In this document: positions 17,930 through 27,596 of the stretch, in pieces
Layout of the letters: every line of letters begins with the position of its first letter
Position numbering within the stretch: position 1 is the first letter of the stretch
Origin: an uncultured Bacteriovoracaceae bacterium
GTDB taxonomy: Bacteria; Bdellovibrionota; UBA1018
Assembly: GCA_964364175.1 (NCBI GenBank)
Contig: CAYILR010000002.1
Span: 69,357-133,356 of the forward strand
DNA length: 64,000 bases
Direction of reading: 5' to 3'
Notes under the pieces: model-generated
Database searches by the model: none
Told to the model about the DNA's origin: nothing
The model's input: only the letters and a program-made list of their open reading frames with translations
Position numbers and translations under genes: made by a program

Positions 17930-19306
17930 GTGACAAGGGTGCATACGGAAACTCAGGTCAATGTTGCAGCGGACTACCCTCGTTGGAGACACTATCTCTA
18001 TTCGATCATCGCTGCCGAGATTTCAGGCATCACACGGTATTATGATCAACTCATTCAGTGGAAACCTCGTTCTGATGACCATGGATTGCTGCTCGCATCG
18101 GTGGACTGCCCTAGCAAAAAAATAGCTGATTCCATTTCTTCACTTCCCGAATTGGGAACTGAAAAGGAAAAAAGAACAGCAGTCCTTCTCAATGGTTCCA
18201 TTAATCACAGCCTCGACATTCAAGCTTTACTCGTCGAGTTGAAGACAAGGCTTTCACGAACCTCTCGTGTCTTAGTAGTTGCATATAACCCCTATCTCTC
18301 TTGGTTGTACCGTTTGGCCAATTTTTTGGGATTCAGACGAGGGGAGCTTCCTTCGACCTTCATTACACAAGTCGATATTCAAAATCTGACTCGTTTGGCG
18401 GGATACGACTTCGTTCAAATGCGTGCCATGTGTTTTTTCCCTTGGAGGCTCTTGGGACTTGGAAATTGGATCAATCGAGTGCTTCCGAGCGTACCGCTTC
18501 TGAACTGGATGAGCTTTGCTCAACTCTTTGTTCTCCGACCTGTCATTCCAGAACTCACTTCCCAACGTCCTTCACTCTCGATCGTAATTCCCGCGCGTAA
18601 CGAAAAAGGGAATATTGAAAATGCGCTCAAACGCATGCCTGACTTAGGCACTTCACTGGAAATTATTTTTGTGGAAGGCCATTCATCGGATGGCACTTGG
18701 GAAGAAATTGAACGAGTTCGAGTCGCTTATCAAGACCGTTTTAAAATCAAGACCCTGCAGCAAACTGGAAAGGGCAAAGCAAACGCGGTGCACGTCGGAT
18801 TTGCAGTAGCCACGGGGGATTTGCTCACCATTCTTGACGCCGACCTGACAATGCCCCCAGAACTTCTGGGACGATTTTACACCGCTTATTGCGACGGGTT
18901 GGCTGATTTTATCAATGGAACTCGCTTGGTCTATCCGATGGAAGGCGATGCAATGCGCTTTCTGAACCGACTCGGCAACATCTTTTTTGCAAAAGCATTG
19001 TCGCACGTCTTGGGAACCAAAATCAGCGATTCACTCTGCGGAACCAAGTTGGTATCCCGTCACGATTACGCTCGATTTCAAGCCTGGAAAAAAGACTTTG
19101 GTGACTTCGACCCTTTTGGAGATTTTGAGCTGATTTTTCCTGCTGCGATCCTGGGATTGGGAATTGTGGACATCCCCATTCGGTATCTTGCTCGCACTTA
19201 TGGCAGCACTAACATCAGCCGGTTTCGTCATGGACTGATGCTTCTCCGAATGACCCTAATCGGATTTTTTAGAATCAAAATGGGACGTACATTCAAGTCG
19301 CTATGA
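17930..19306 (+). CDS. glycosyltransferase family 2 with an ~210-aa N-terminal domain of unknown function
   Basis: C-terminal half carries 'LSIVIPARNE', 'LDADLTMPPE' and 'CGTKLV' GT2 motifs. N-terminal half has no recognisable family. Confidence 0.65.
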   Translation: MTRVHTETQVNVAADYPRWRHYLYSIIAAEISGITRYYDQLIQWKPRSDDHGLLLASVDCPSKKIADSISSLPELGTEKEKRTAVLLNGSINHSLDIQALLVELKTRLSRTSRVLVVAYNPYLSWLYRLANFLGFRRGELPSTFITQVDIQNLTRLAGYDFVQMRAMCFFPWRLLGLGNWINRVLPSVPLLNWMSFAQLFVLRPVIPELTSQRPSLSIVIPARNEKGNIENALKRMPDLGTSLEIIFVEGHSSDGTWEEIERVRVAYQDRFKIKTLQQTGKGKANAVHVGFAVATGDLLTILDADLTMPPELLGRFYTAYCDGLADFINGTRLVYPMEGDAMRFLNRLGNIFFAKALSHVLGTKISDSLCGTKLVSRHDYARFQAWKKDFGDFDPFGDFELIFPAAILGLGIVDIPIRYLARTYGSTNISRFRHGLMLLRMTLIGFFRIKMGRTFKSL

Positions 19307-20046
19307 ACAAACAGCATCTGGATGACGTCAGCCGCATTCATGAAATCCAAGATACAATTGCTCGCAAGCCTGCGCTTCGTCAATTTTATGCTGACATGTA
19401 TTCGCGGTATCAGCGATGCCTGGATACCTGCCCCAAGGAAGGCATCGCCCTCGAACTAGGCTCGGGCGGTGGATTTCTCAAGCAAGTGATTCCAGAAATT
19501 GTTACATCCGATGTGCTGGCCTATCCGAATGTGGATCAAGTGGTCAGCGGAACAGCGATGCCTTTTGAAAACGAAAGCCTGCGGGCGATTTTCATGCTCA
19601 ATGTTTTTCATCACATCCCCGATGTCGGGGCTTTTTTGTCGGAGGCCCAACGATGTCTCAAGCCGGGTGGGAAAATACTGATCATCGATCAAAACATGGG
19701 ATGGTTCAGTAAACCTATTTATAAATACCTTCACCACGAGCCGATGGACATTCATGCACAGGATTGGAAGTTTGAGACCACAGGTCCTTTGTCCGGAGCG
19801 AATCAAGCGTTAGCTTGGGTTGTTTTTAGGCGAGATCTCAAAAAATTCGAAACCCTTTTTCCTAAACTACAGCTCTTGAAATATCAGCCGCACACACCTT
19901 TGCGCTACTGGCTCTCTGGAGGGTTGAAAAGCTGGACGCTCATCCCACCCTGGGCAAATTCATGGGTTACGACAACTGACCGTTTGCTGGTCAAACTTGT
20001 CCCGAGCATGGGAAGTTTTGTGGATATCGAAATTAGAAAAATCTGA
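19303..20046 (+). CDS. class I SAM-dependent methyltransferase (Methyltransf_11-like)
   Basis: 'ALELGSGGGFL' motif I and 'LKPGGKILIID'. 4-bp overlap with the upstream GT2. Confidence 0.7.
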   Translation: MNKQHLDDVSRIHEIQDTIARKPALRQFYADMYSRYQRCLDTCPKEGIALELGSGGGFLKQVIPEIVTSDVLAYPNVDQVVSGTAMPFENESLRAIFMLNVFHHIPDVGAFLSEAQRCLKPGGKILIIDQNMGWFSKPIYKYLHHEPMDIHAQDWKFETTGPLSGANQALAWVVFRRDLKKFETLFPKLQLLKYQPHTPLRYWLSGGLKSWTLIPPWANSWVTTTDRLLVKLVPSMGSFVDIEIRKI

Positions 20047-20078
20047 GTGATCTATTGTCCTGTCAGAGCAACAAACCA

Positions 20079-21062
20079 TCAGTAGTCGGCTATGGCCCGG
20101 TATCGATCCTTTACACAGTTCAAGTATTTTTTCTTAAGATCCTCATTTAAATAACTAGTATTAATGAGATCAAACACTTGGTCTTTAAGACTCATGGTTT
20201 TTCCTAAAAACGGCACTATTGCGATACTCGGCACTCCAACACGTCGACCAAGCTCAAAGAAATCATGCTGAGTATAAAAACCAAACTTTTCGTATTGAGG
20301 CGTGTTAGTGCCATCAATAAATAATTCTTGTAGTGCAAATTGCTGCTCTACTGGGTTGTAAATATTGGTGTTAACACTATCGTAGTTGGGTGAAAGATCC
20401 TGATATTTTCCGTCTTCTGTAAGTGCGACTAAACTAATATTTTTTAGATGATAATCACCATTTCCGATGAGGAAGTTGTAAATAAGTCTCTCTAGAAAAC
20501 GCAACAGAACAGCCTTTTTACCACCGCAAGCTTTAAGAATTGTATTCCCGACTTCTTCATAACTACCAGAATACTTGAAATTACCACCATCATCACGCTC
20601 TCTACCTAGTATTTGCGCAAGGTCTTCCTGATCAATCTTTTGTCCTTGAACGCGGTCAAAGCGCTTTACAATATATGCATTTTCCCCATTCTTAAAGGTA
20701 ATAAGACCAGACTCTGCCGTTTGGATTCCGAGAAGTTTTCCTATTTGCATCGAAAGATGTTCATTTTCGCTCAACTCTTCGTATTCCTGTGGGGTTGGTT
20801 TAAGGATGTATGTACCACCCACATCTGTCGGTACAATTTGTGTACCCTCAATCTTCACAGAAAGTTTTTGCTGCATTCCAGAAATCGACATTTTTTGTGT
20901 ATATTTCCGTGCCATTGTTGAACTAAACTCTTTTTTATCGAAAGAAAGAGTTGGGGAAATTTCGGACGATCCAAAAAGCGCAAGAATACATTTGTCGTGA
21001 TATCCTGCAAACTTAGTCTTTTGATTTATGAGCACTTGCCTTAAACAAATTTTGCAGATCAT
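20079..21062 (-). CDS. hipT: HipT-like serine/threonine kinase toxin (HipA C-terminal kinase core only)
   Basis: 'ISGMQQKLSV' matches the HipA 'AGxQxK' loop. 'FLIGNGDYHLKNISL' matches the HipA catalytic motif 'GNxDxHxKN'. Low GC relative to flanks. 4-bp overlap with the upstream small gene. Confidence 0.7.
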   Translation of the reverse strand: MICKICLRQVLINQKTKFAGYHDKCILALFGSSEISPTLSFDKKEFSSTMARKYTQKMSISGMQQKLSVKIEGTQIVPTDVGGTYILKPTPQEYEELSENEHLSMQIGKLLGIQTAESGLITFKNGENAYIVKRFDRVQGQKIDQEDLAQILGRERDDGGNFKYSGSYEEVGNTILKACGGKKAVLLRFLERLIYNFLIGNGDYHLKNISLVALTEDGKYQDLSPNYDSVNTNIYNPVEQQFALQELFIDGTNTPQYEKFGFYTQHDFFELGRRVGVPSIAIVPFLGKTMSLKDQVFDLINTSYLNEDLKKKYLNCVKDRYRAIADY

Positions 21063-21391
21063 ATTTTATTTTCTGGATCAGCCAACACAGAAACCGCTCC
21101 AACCAGATCCTGTCCATTATTTATTAAAAGTGAAAAAAAATCACGCTCATCAATTTTCTGAATTCTCGACTGCTGGTGCTTGAGCCAACCCTCAGCAATT
21201 AATCCATCAAAAAATGGAAAAAGCCGCTCAGAAAAAAATGGTTCGACCTGCAAGGGAAACGAAATGCTGATTGGATGTGCTTCACTAGACGCCAAATAAT
21301 CAGCATTATAGCGAAACTCATAAGACGATTCGCCATGTTTCACCAATTCACCAGCCACCGCATTATTGTGTAAAACTTTTGCTCTCATCAT
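21059..21391 (-). CDS. hipS: HipS-like small protein (homolog of the HipA N-terminal subdomain)
   Basis: 110 aa, 'LHNNAVAGELVKHGESSYEFRYNADY' resembles the HipA N-terminal (couple_hipA) domain. Sandwiched between hipB and hipT with 4-bp overlaps, which is the HipBST order. Confidence 0.6.
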   Translation of the reverse strand: MMRAKVLHNNAVAGELVKHGESSYEFRYNADYLASSEAHPISISFPLQVEPFFSERLFPFFDGLIAEGWLKHQQSRIQKIDERDFFSLLINNGQDLVGAVSVLADPENKI

Positions 21392-21696
21392 TTAATCCAG
21401 AATGATTTTCCTAGTGCGGACAACACCTTCTCAACATTTTCAAAAGACACTCTTCGATTTCCTGCTTCAAGTTTTGCAATCGTCAAAGTACTCAGGCCAG
21501 TTAACGCGGCAAGTTGTTTTTGGCTGAGGCTTTGGTCTGCGCGAGCAATTTTGATGGCTTTTCCTAAGTTACTAGTAGGTTCAAAACTGCTTTTGTTCAC
21601 CATCGATATTTGAGTGTTTTGCTGCTTTATAGCTTGGTCTAGTTGCTTAAGCAGATCATTAAGATTTATCTGTTTATTTTTTTCCATAGTTTCCAT
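21388..21696 (-). CDS. hipB: HipB-like XRE-family HTH protein
   Basis: 'LSQKQLAALTGLSTLTIAKLEAGNRRVSFENVEKVLSALG' is a classic HTH_XRE. First gene of the three-gene module. Confidence 0.7.
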   Translation of the reverse strand: METMEKNKQINLNDLLKQLDQAIKQQNTQISMVNKSSFEPTSNLGKAIKIARADQSLSQKQLAALTGLSTLTIAKLEAGNRRVSFENVEKVLSALGKSFWIK

Positions 21697-21699
21697 CAG

Positions 21700-21840
21700 T
21701 TAAACCTATATGCCTATTTAAAATCAGGCATCACACTAGTCAACTCTAATACAATTAACCATTAGTATACTATGAAATAGATTTAAAATCTTTCCATACT
21801 AAAAGATGGAAAAACAACCTTTTAGTATGTATACTGTTAT
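21700..21840. promoter_or_regulatory. AT-rich promoter/operator region upstream of hipB with several palindromes
   Basis: ATGCCT-N10-AGGCAT at 21709-21730 overlaps a candidate -10 (TAAATA on the minus strand). On the minus strand, TTGACT (21738-21743) lies 17 bp upstream of that -10. TAGTATACTA is a perfect palindrome at 21764-21773. CATACTAAAAG...CTTTTAGTATG (21795-21829) and AGTATGTATACT (21824-21835) share the AGTAT/ATACT half-site. Confidence 0.4.
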
Positions 21841-21906
21841 TAAAGTTAGTATTTTACAAATAAAAATATAGATTCTGTTTCAGGCTTTCTAGGGGACGTA
21901 GGCAGT

Positions 21907-22962
21907 CTATTGATTGAGAAGAATTTCTTCCCCAGTTCGTGCCGACATCTGGATTCCCACCAAAAGCTCCATCGTGCGCAGCCCTTCGCGACCATCGGTT
22001 TCTGGCTCAGCCTCGCCTCTCAATACGCGAATGACATTGTCGTAGTAAAGTGGGTGGCCAAATCCATAGACGGAAGTTGTTTCGTAGCTGGCCTCTTTTA
22101 CACTTGCGTCTTCAGGCCTTCGATCCGCAAAATCCCAGACTTGGATTTCGTTGACGGCGACGCCGCCAATGCGTGCTGTGCCTTTTTCACCTAAAATCGT
22201 AATCGAGCCTTCGAGGTTTTTGGGATAGGTCAACACGGTGGCCATCATCGTTCCCAAGGTTCCGGATTTCCATTTGAGGTTCACTACGCCTGTGTCTTCG
22301 GTCTCGATCTTGCGCTCAAACGTCTGATAGTAAGCATGGATTTTTTCGACCGGGCCGATGAGCCAGTGTAGAAGATCGACGTAATGGCTCGCTTGGTTGA
22401 AAAAAATCCCACCGTCCATTTTCCAGGTCCCACGCCACGGGGCTTGCTCGAAATACGAATCCGGCCGAGACCAGAGAACGTTCACATTGACCAGGTAGAT
22501 TTTTCCGAACCGTCCTTCGTCCACAGCTTTCTTGAGCAATTGCAAAGTGGCATTGCGACGATTTTGCTTCACTACAAAAAGTCGGCGCCCTTCCTGCTCG
22601 CAAACCCGAATCATCTCGCGCGCATCTTCGAGATTCGTCGACATCGGTTTTTCGGAAACCACGTGTCTGCCAGAGCGTGCAATCTGGATCGAATGCTCGG
22701 GATGCAATCCACTCGGCGTACAAACCGAAACCACGTCGAGATCTGCCTCTTTCAACATTACGTCAAGACTCGAAAAACCTCGCGCACCAGTCTGCAAGAC
22801 GGCCGCATCCAAAGCAGCTCGATCAATGTCACAAACGGCGACCAGTTCTGCTCGGTCCGAATGCTTTTTCAATGACGCAAAATGATTCGCGGAAATTCTT
22901 CCGCATCCCACAACACCGAATTTGATTTTGCGACCCTGAATCACAGATGGTGCACGATTCAT
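21907..22962 (-). CDS. wbpB: Gfo/Idh/MocA oxidoreductase, WbpB-like (UDP-N-acetyl-glucosaminuronate 3-oxidase candidate)
   Basis: 'KFGVVGCGRISANH'. 'SVCTPSGLHPEHSIQIARSGRHVVSEKP' parallels WbpB '[28 protein letters not shown]'. 'HYVDLLHWLIG' parallels 'HFYDMLHFIFG'. Adjacent to the wbpA-like gene. Confidence 0.75.
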   Translation of the reverse strand: MNRAPSVIQGRKIKFGVVGCGRISANHFASLKKHSDRAELVAVCDIDRAALDAAVLQTGARGFSSLDVMLKEADLDVVSVCTPSGLHPEHSIQIARSGRHVVSEKPMSTNLEDAREMIRVCEQEGRRLFVVKQNRRNATLQLLKKAVDEGRFGKIYLVNVNVLWSRPDSYFEQAPWRGTWKMDGGIFFNQASHYVDLLHWLIGPVEKIHAYYQTFERKIETEDTGVVNLKWKSGTLGTMMATVLTYPKNLEGSITILGEKGTARIGGVAVNEIQVWDFADRRPEDASVKEASYETTSVYGFGHPLYYDNVIRVLRGEAEPETDGREGLRTMELLVGIQMSARTGEEILLNQ

Positions 22963-22964
22963 GG

Positions 22965-24281
22965 CTACGCTCTCACAATATGCGGAGCGGGTTCACGATA
23001 GCGTCCGCGCGTATCTACGATCAAATCGGCGTTCTCACGAATCAACGCAAAATCAAATTTATCGTGATCGGTTGCCAGAACAACGCAATCCATCGACTTC
23101 AAAAGCTGCGCTGTCACAGCAACGCTTTTCAATTCAAAATGGTGTTTACGCATTCGGGGGAAAACAGGCACATGGGGATCCGAGTACTGAATCACAGCAC
23201 CCTTGTCCGCCAAGAGTTCCATCACTTCGACTGGAGGCGACTCGCGCATATCATCGACGTTCTTCTTGTAGGCAATTCCTAAAATCAGGATTTTTGAATT
23301 CTTGATCGACTTGCCTCGTTCGTTCAAAGCTTCGGCCACTTTGCCAATCACGTAATGCGGCATCGAGCTGTTGATCTCTCCAGCCAGTTCAATAAATTTG
23401 GTATTCACTCCATAAGCTCGCGCTTTCCAAGTCAGATAGAACGGATCAATGGGAATGCAATGCCCGCCCACACCCGGACCTGGATAGTAGGCAGTGAATC
23501 CAAATGGTTTAGTCGCTGCTGCTCGAATGACTTCGAAAATATCGATTCCCATTTTGTCAGCGACAATTTTCATCTCATTCACTAGACCAATATTGACTGA
23601 ACGATGAATGTTTTCCAAAAGCTTGGTCATCTCCGCCGCACGGGTCGAACTCACAGACACCACTCGATCAATCACTTGATCATAGAGAGCAACTCCTGCC
23701 TTCAAGCAGTCGGGAGTCACACCTCCACAAACTTTGGGAATCGTTCGGGTGTTGAAATCTGGATTTCCCGGATCTTCTCTCTCGGGAGAAAACACCAAGA
23801 AAAAATCTCCCCCCACTTTGAACCCAGCCTTTTCGATTCTAGGCTGCAATTCCTCATCCGTTGTTCCTGGATAAGTCGTGCTTTCCAGAGACATGACTTG
23901 GCCTTTGCGCAAGTAGGGAACCAAGGCGTCGACGGTATTTAAAACAAAACTCAAGTCCGGCTCACGATACGGGTTCAGTGGCGTAGGAACACAAATGATC
24001 AGAGCATCTGCATCTTTGGCCTTAGAAAAATCGGTCGTGGCAAGAAATCCTTTTTTCAGAGCAGACTGGATCGAGCCGGAGGAAATATGTTCGATGTAAG
24101 ACCGGCCCTCATTCAGTGCTTTGGTTTTCCCGGGATCGATATCAATCCCCAAGACCTTGTAGCCGACTTCGTTGAAACGAAGCATCAGCGGCAAACCGAC
24201 ATAACCTAAACCCACAATACCGATGGTGGCAGATTTGCCCTTCAGGCGACCCAACAAATTTTCTAAAATGCTAGATGACAT
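22965..24281 (-). CDS. wbpA: UDP-N-acetyl-D-glucosamine 6-dehydrogenase (WbpA/TviB/WecC-family nucleotide-sugar dehydrogenase)
   Basis: '[13 protein letters not shown]', 'VPTP', '[11 protein letters not shown]', '[12 protein letters not shown]' and '[12 protein letters not shown]' all match the WbpA family. Confidence 0.8.
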   Translation of the reverse strand: MSSSILENLLGRLKGKSATIGIVGLGYVGLPLMLRFNEVGYKVLGIDIDPGKTKALNEGRSYIEHISSGSIQSALKKGFLATTDFSKAKDADALIICVPTPLNPYREPDLSFVLNTVDALVPYLRKGQVMSLESTTYPGTTDEELQPRIEKAGFKVGGDFFLVFSPEREDPGNPDFNTRTIPKVCGGVTPDCLKAGVALYDQVIDRVVSVSSTRAAEMTKLLENIHRSVNIGLVNEMKIVADKMGIDIFEVIRAAATKPFGFTAYYPGPGVGGHCIPIDPFYLTWKARAYGVNTKFIELAGEINSSMPHYVIGKVAEALNERGKSIKNSKILILGIAYKKNVDDMRESPPVEVMELLADKGAVIQYSDPHVPVFPRMRKHHFELKSVAVTAQLLKSMDCVVLATDHDKFDFALIRENADLIVDTRGRYREPAPHIVRA

Positions 24282-24312
24282 ATGCCCACCTTTACATCAT
24301 TCTAGGGGCAAA

Positions 24313-25509
24313 ATGAAGGTATTGATTGCACATATTCCTTATCTTTCGCGGGGTGGCGAGGATGTTCACGTGGAGATTCTCACCGAGGTCTACCGTTCGA
24401 TTGGGATTCAGCCGATTCTTTATCCCGATACCCGCGCTGCTGAACCTGTGAATCCTCTCCGTGCGTTTCGCTCCATCTTCAGCAACCATCCTCCTGATGA
24501 TTTTTTGAAGCTATGGGAACGAGAGCAGCCTACGCTCATTCACGCGCACAACCTTTTTCCGATCCTTGGCCCCGCTTTTTTGAGCTGGGTGATTCGCGAG
24601 AAAATTCCTCTTTTGATGACGATTCACAATCATCGTTTTTTTTGCACGAATGGACTCGCCCTTCGTGAGGATCGGATTTGCAAAGAATGTTTCCACTCCA
24701 AAGTCTATTGGAAACCCATCGTACATAACTGCAACCGATCCTATGCAAAAACAGCTTACCACTCACTCAGTTTGACCCGTCTGCGTCTTCAAAATCTATA
24801 CAACCGAGCAGTCACACGATTTATTGCACCATCCCCCTACATTCGAAACGAATTGGTTCGTCACGGAGTGGATGAAAAGAAAATCGAAGTCATGATTAAT
24901 CCCATCATTGGGCAGGGCCTAGAAAAAGATGCCGAACTGCCCGAGGCAGAAAACGTCCCGGCTCGAATCGACGTTTTATACTGCGGTCGTCTCTCCATCG
25001 AAAAAGGAATTCGGCAGCTGATTCAAACCGTTGCTTTGCTCCCAGACTTGACCTTTGTCATTGCTGGAGATGGACCAGAAAAACCAGTCGTCACACAAGC
25101 TGCTAAAAATCTAAAAAACCTGGTCTACCTGGGGCAAGTGAACCAAAAAACCGTGCGTGCCCTCATCGATCGTACCAAATGCGGAATCATCCCCTCCATT
25201 TGCAATGAAATCCTTTCCTCTTTCGCCATTGAAAGTTTTTATGCGGGTAAACCCTGCGTAGTCCCTGACATGGAATCCACCAATTGGTTCACGGAAAAAC
25301 CCTTCTTGGGAATCAATGCCAACACGGATCGTCCAGAAACCATGAAGGAAGCCATTCTCAAAGCAGTTTCGACCGTTTTTCCCGATCAAAAACATCTGAC
25401 TGATCTCCGCACTCTGATGGATCCTGGATTTTTCTCTCAGAAACTGAAAACTCTCGTCGAGGAATTGGTTGTGAAACACTCGTCTCAGGAAACTTCCGTC
25501 AATGGCTGA
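24313..25509 (+). CDS. glycosyltransferase family 4 (GT-B); start moved to MKVLIAH (24313), which has an AGGGG Shine-Dalgarno upstream
   Basis: GT4-like N-terminus 'KVLIAHIPYLSRGGEDVHV' and a C-terminal Rossmann half with E-x7-E-like spacing. Confidence 0.75.
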   Translation: MKVLIAHIPYLSRGGEDVHVEILTEVYRSIGIQPILYPDTRAAEPVNPLRAFRSIFSNHPPDDFLKLWEREQPTLIHAHNLFPILGPAFLSWVIREKIPLLMTIHNHRFFCTNGLALREDRICKECFHSKVYWKPIVHNCNRSYAKTAYHSLSLTRLRLQNLYNRAVTRFIAPSPYIRNELVRHGVDEKKIEVMINPIIGQGLEKDAELPEAENVPARIDVLYCGRLSIEKGIRQLIQTVALLPDLTFVIAGDGPEKPVVTQAAKNLKNLVYLGQVNQKTVRALIDRTKCGIIPSICNEILSSFAIESFYAGKPCVVPDMESTNWFTEKPFLGINANTDRPETMKEAILKAVSTVFPDQKHLTDLRTLMDPGFFSQKLKTLVEELVVKHSSQETSVNG

Positions 25510-26821
25510 TTTTTTGATCTGCGCGGCATTCCTTGCCATTGCCGCGAGGGGTAAAGCTCCAGCCGCCTATCACTGGGGGCCCATCTATACTTTGGAATGG
25601 GTTTTCATGATCTGGTTTGCAACCTATTTCTTTTGGCTAAAAAAAAACTGGCTTACCTTGCTCAAGCACCTCAAACCGTGGCTGTTTTTCTTGACCTGGG
25701 GAGTGGCGTTGGCGCTCTTCGATGTGTTCACTCAACCCGACCTATTGCAATTGCAAAATAAGTACTCGTTGCAGCGTTTTATTCAGCATTGTGTTTTGTT
25801 TGTTTACCCGATTCTTTGGACAACCGTGGGTTATACTTTCGGACAAAATCGACGCAATTGGATCTCTGGGCTTTTGTACGGACTTTGCGTCGTTTCCGCA
25901 TATACGCATCTTGCTAACCTCTGGTTCAACAACGATTCCAATATGAGTATCACTTGGACGTCGGACGGTTGGGCAGCCAACACTGCTCTCGGACCCCTCA
26001 GTCTTTTCCCCCTTCTGGCACTCGGCTGGAAAGCCTTCTGGGTTGGAAATATTGCGTTCGTTGCACCTCTTGTCACCCAATGGGAGATTTATGTTTCTCG
26101 CACCTACCTTCTAGCGATTTTGCTGGATTTGGGCATCGCAGTACTTTTCATTCGACAAAAACTCATTCCCAAAGCCGCAGTCATTGGACTCACTTTCGCA
26201 ATCGGTCTGATCTCTTATCTGACGTTGACCCCCGTGCCATCACTGATCAAAACCAAAGCTCAAAAACAAGAATCTGTCTCACTTCAAGATCGAGCGACAT
26301 TCGCTCTCCAACATGCTGACGATGTCAAGCAGCCGGGCAAGGCTGATCAAGCTTCTACAACCCCCTCTTCACGACCCATTATTCAAGCTCGTTTTCGACT
26401 GTTTAATTGGAAAACAGCGATCCAAGACTGGAAAGTCAGTCCCGTATTTGGAAGGCGCTTTATTCCAGAAATTCCTTCATTTGTAATGCCGGAGTGGCCA
26501 AATACTCGTGGCCTCGAGTCTGCAACAGCGCCGCCAGTAGCAGGACCTCACAACTCTTATCTCACTGTCTTGACTCGAATGGGAATCCCAGGCGTAGTGC
26601 TGATGGGGTGGATACTTCTCTCCTGGTTCCAGGCGTGGAGAAAAATTTCTGATTTTTCCGAAACGGTGCGTATGCTGCTTTTTTTTGTTCCTTTCAACGG
26701 ACTGCTCTATGCCGCATTGAACATCGGCCTAGAGAGCCCCCATCAATGCGTCATCCTATGGTTCATGATGGGGCTCGGAGTTTCTCTCGCCAAAGGACCG
26801 CTTGAATTCGAAGCCACGTGA
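25502..26821 (+). CDS. O-antigen ligase / Wzy_C-domain membrane protein (ligase or polymerase)
   Basis: Polytopic. Large periplasmic loop. 'GPHNSYLTVLTRMGIPGVVLMGW' motif shared with two paralogs in the window. Confidence 0.55.
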   Translation: MADFLICAAFLAIAARGKAPAAYHWGPIYTLEWVFMIWFATYFFWLKKNWLTLLKHLKPWLFFLTWGVALALFDVFTQPDLLQLQNKYSLQRFIQHCVLFVYPILWTTVGYTFGQNRRNWISGLLYGLCVVSAYTHLANLWFNNDSNMSITWTSDGWAANTALGPLSLFPLLALGWKAFWVGNIAFVAPLVTQWEIYVSRTYLLAILLDLGIAVLFIRQKLIPKAAVIGLTFAIGLISYLTLTPVPSLIKTKAQKQESVSLQDRATFALQHADDVKQPGKADQASTTPSSRPIIQARFRLFNWKTAIQDWKVSPVFGRRFIPEIPSFVMPEWPNTRGLESATAPPVAGPHNSYLTVLTRMGIPGVVLMGWILLSWFQAWRKISDFSETVRMLLFFVPFNGLLYAALNIGLESPHQCVILWFMMGLGVSLAKGPLEFEAT

Positions 26822-27542
26822 GCGAGTAAAAAATCTGATTTAAACCACTGAGCAGCCTAGGATATCGTGAGCCGAGGTTTTTTTGGACAGCCCTGAATTC
26901 ACTGAGCACGTCTTGGTATCGACTCGACCTTCCGCCTAAATAGAACCCAGCAAACGGTTGACTGATGAAACTGACGCGAATCTTTGGATCTAATTGGCAT
27001 TTCCAAAGAAATTCATAGTCAGACGCAAGTTTGAATCCTTCGTTGTACAAACCTAGTTTTTTGAAAACCTGGGCTTGAAACAAGGTCGCCTGATGACAAA
27101 TTCGATTTTCTCCTAATAGGTTCAAGATCAGTCGGTTGGAAATTTTTTTGACCTTTGCCTCTCGTGCAGAAACCACTTGGACGGGACTGATCAGCACATC
27201 AGCGACTTGCTCTTTCATTTGATCCAGTGCGAGTTTCAAATTCTGCGCATCGACCAGGATATCACCCGAGTTCAAAAACCAGATCACTTCTCCGCAACTT
27301 TGTCCAATCCCCAGATTCATCGCAGGATAAACCCCCTGAGGAGAACAAATGATGTGTTTGAGCGGCCAATTCTCCTGCTGGAGAGTCTGAATTAGCTTTT
27401 CGTTTTCTTGGGGTGATGAATCAACAATCAAATGCTCCCATGAAAACGGAGGGCTGCCTTCTGTCAGCGACTTCAACGATAAACAGGTTTTTTTGAGCCC
27501 CTCAGTGTCATGAAAAACCGTGGTAATAATGGTCAGCTTCAC
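26763..27542 (-). CDS. glycosyltransferase family 2
   Basis: 'KLTIITTVFHDTEGL' N-terminus and 'NSGDIL' (D-x-D-like). Its 3' end overlaps the convergent ligase gene by 59 bp. Confidence 0.65.
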   Translation of the reverse strand: MKLTIITTVFHDTEGLKKTCLSLKSLTEGSPPFSWEHLIVDSSPQENEKLIQTLQQENWPLKHIICSPQGVYPAMNLGIGQSCGEVIWFLNSGDILVDAQNLKLALDQMKEQVADVLISPVQVVSAREAKVKKISNRLILNLLGENRICHQATLFQAQVFKKLGLYNEGFKLASDYEFLWKCQLDPKIRVSFISQPFAGFYLGGRSSRYQDVLSEFRAVQKNLGSRYPRLLSGLNQIFYSLTWLRIQAVLWREKLRAPS

Positions 27543-27596
27543 TTTACTCTTTTAATTGACGACATGCCCTAATTCAAAGTACAAAAAAACATCTTT

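Noticed and set aside
20047-21906. Integrase, transposase or tRNA flanking the low-GC HipBST insertion
   Set aside because: No integrase or transposase-like ORF and no tRNA-like cloverleaf could be recognised in the flanks. The insertion mechanism remains unknown.
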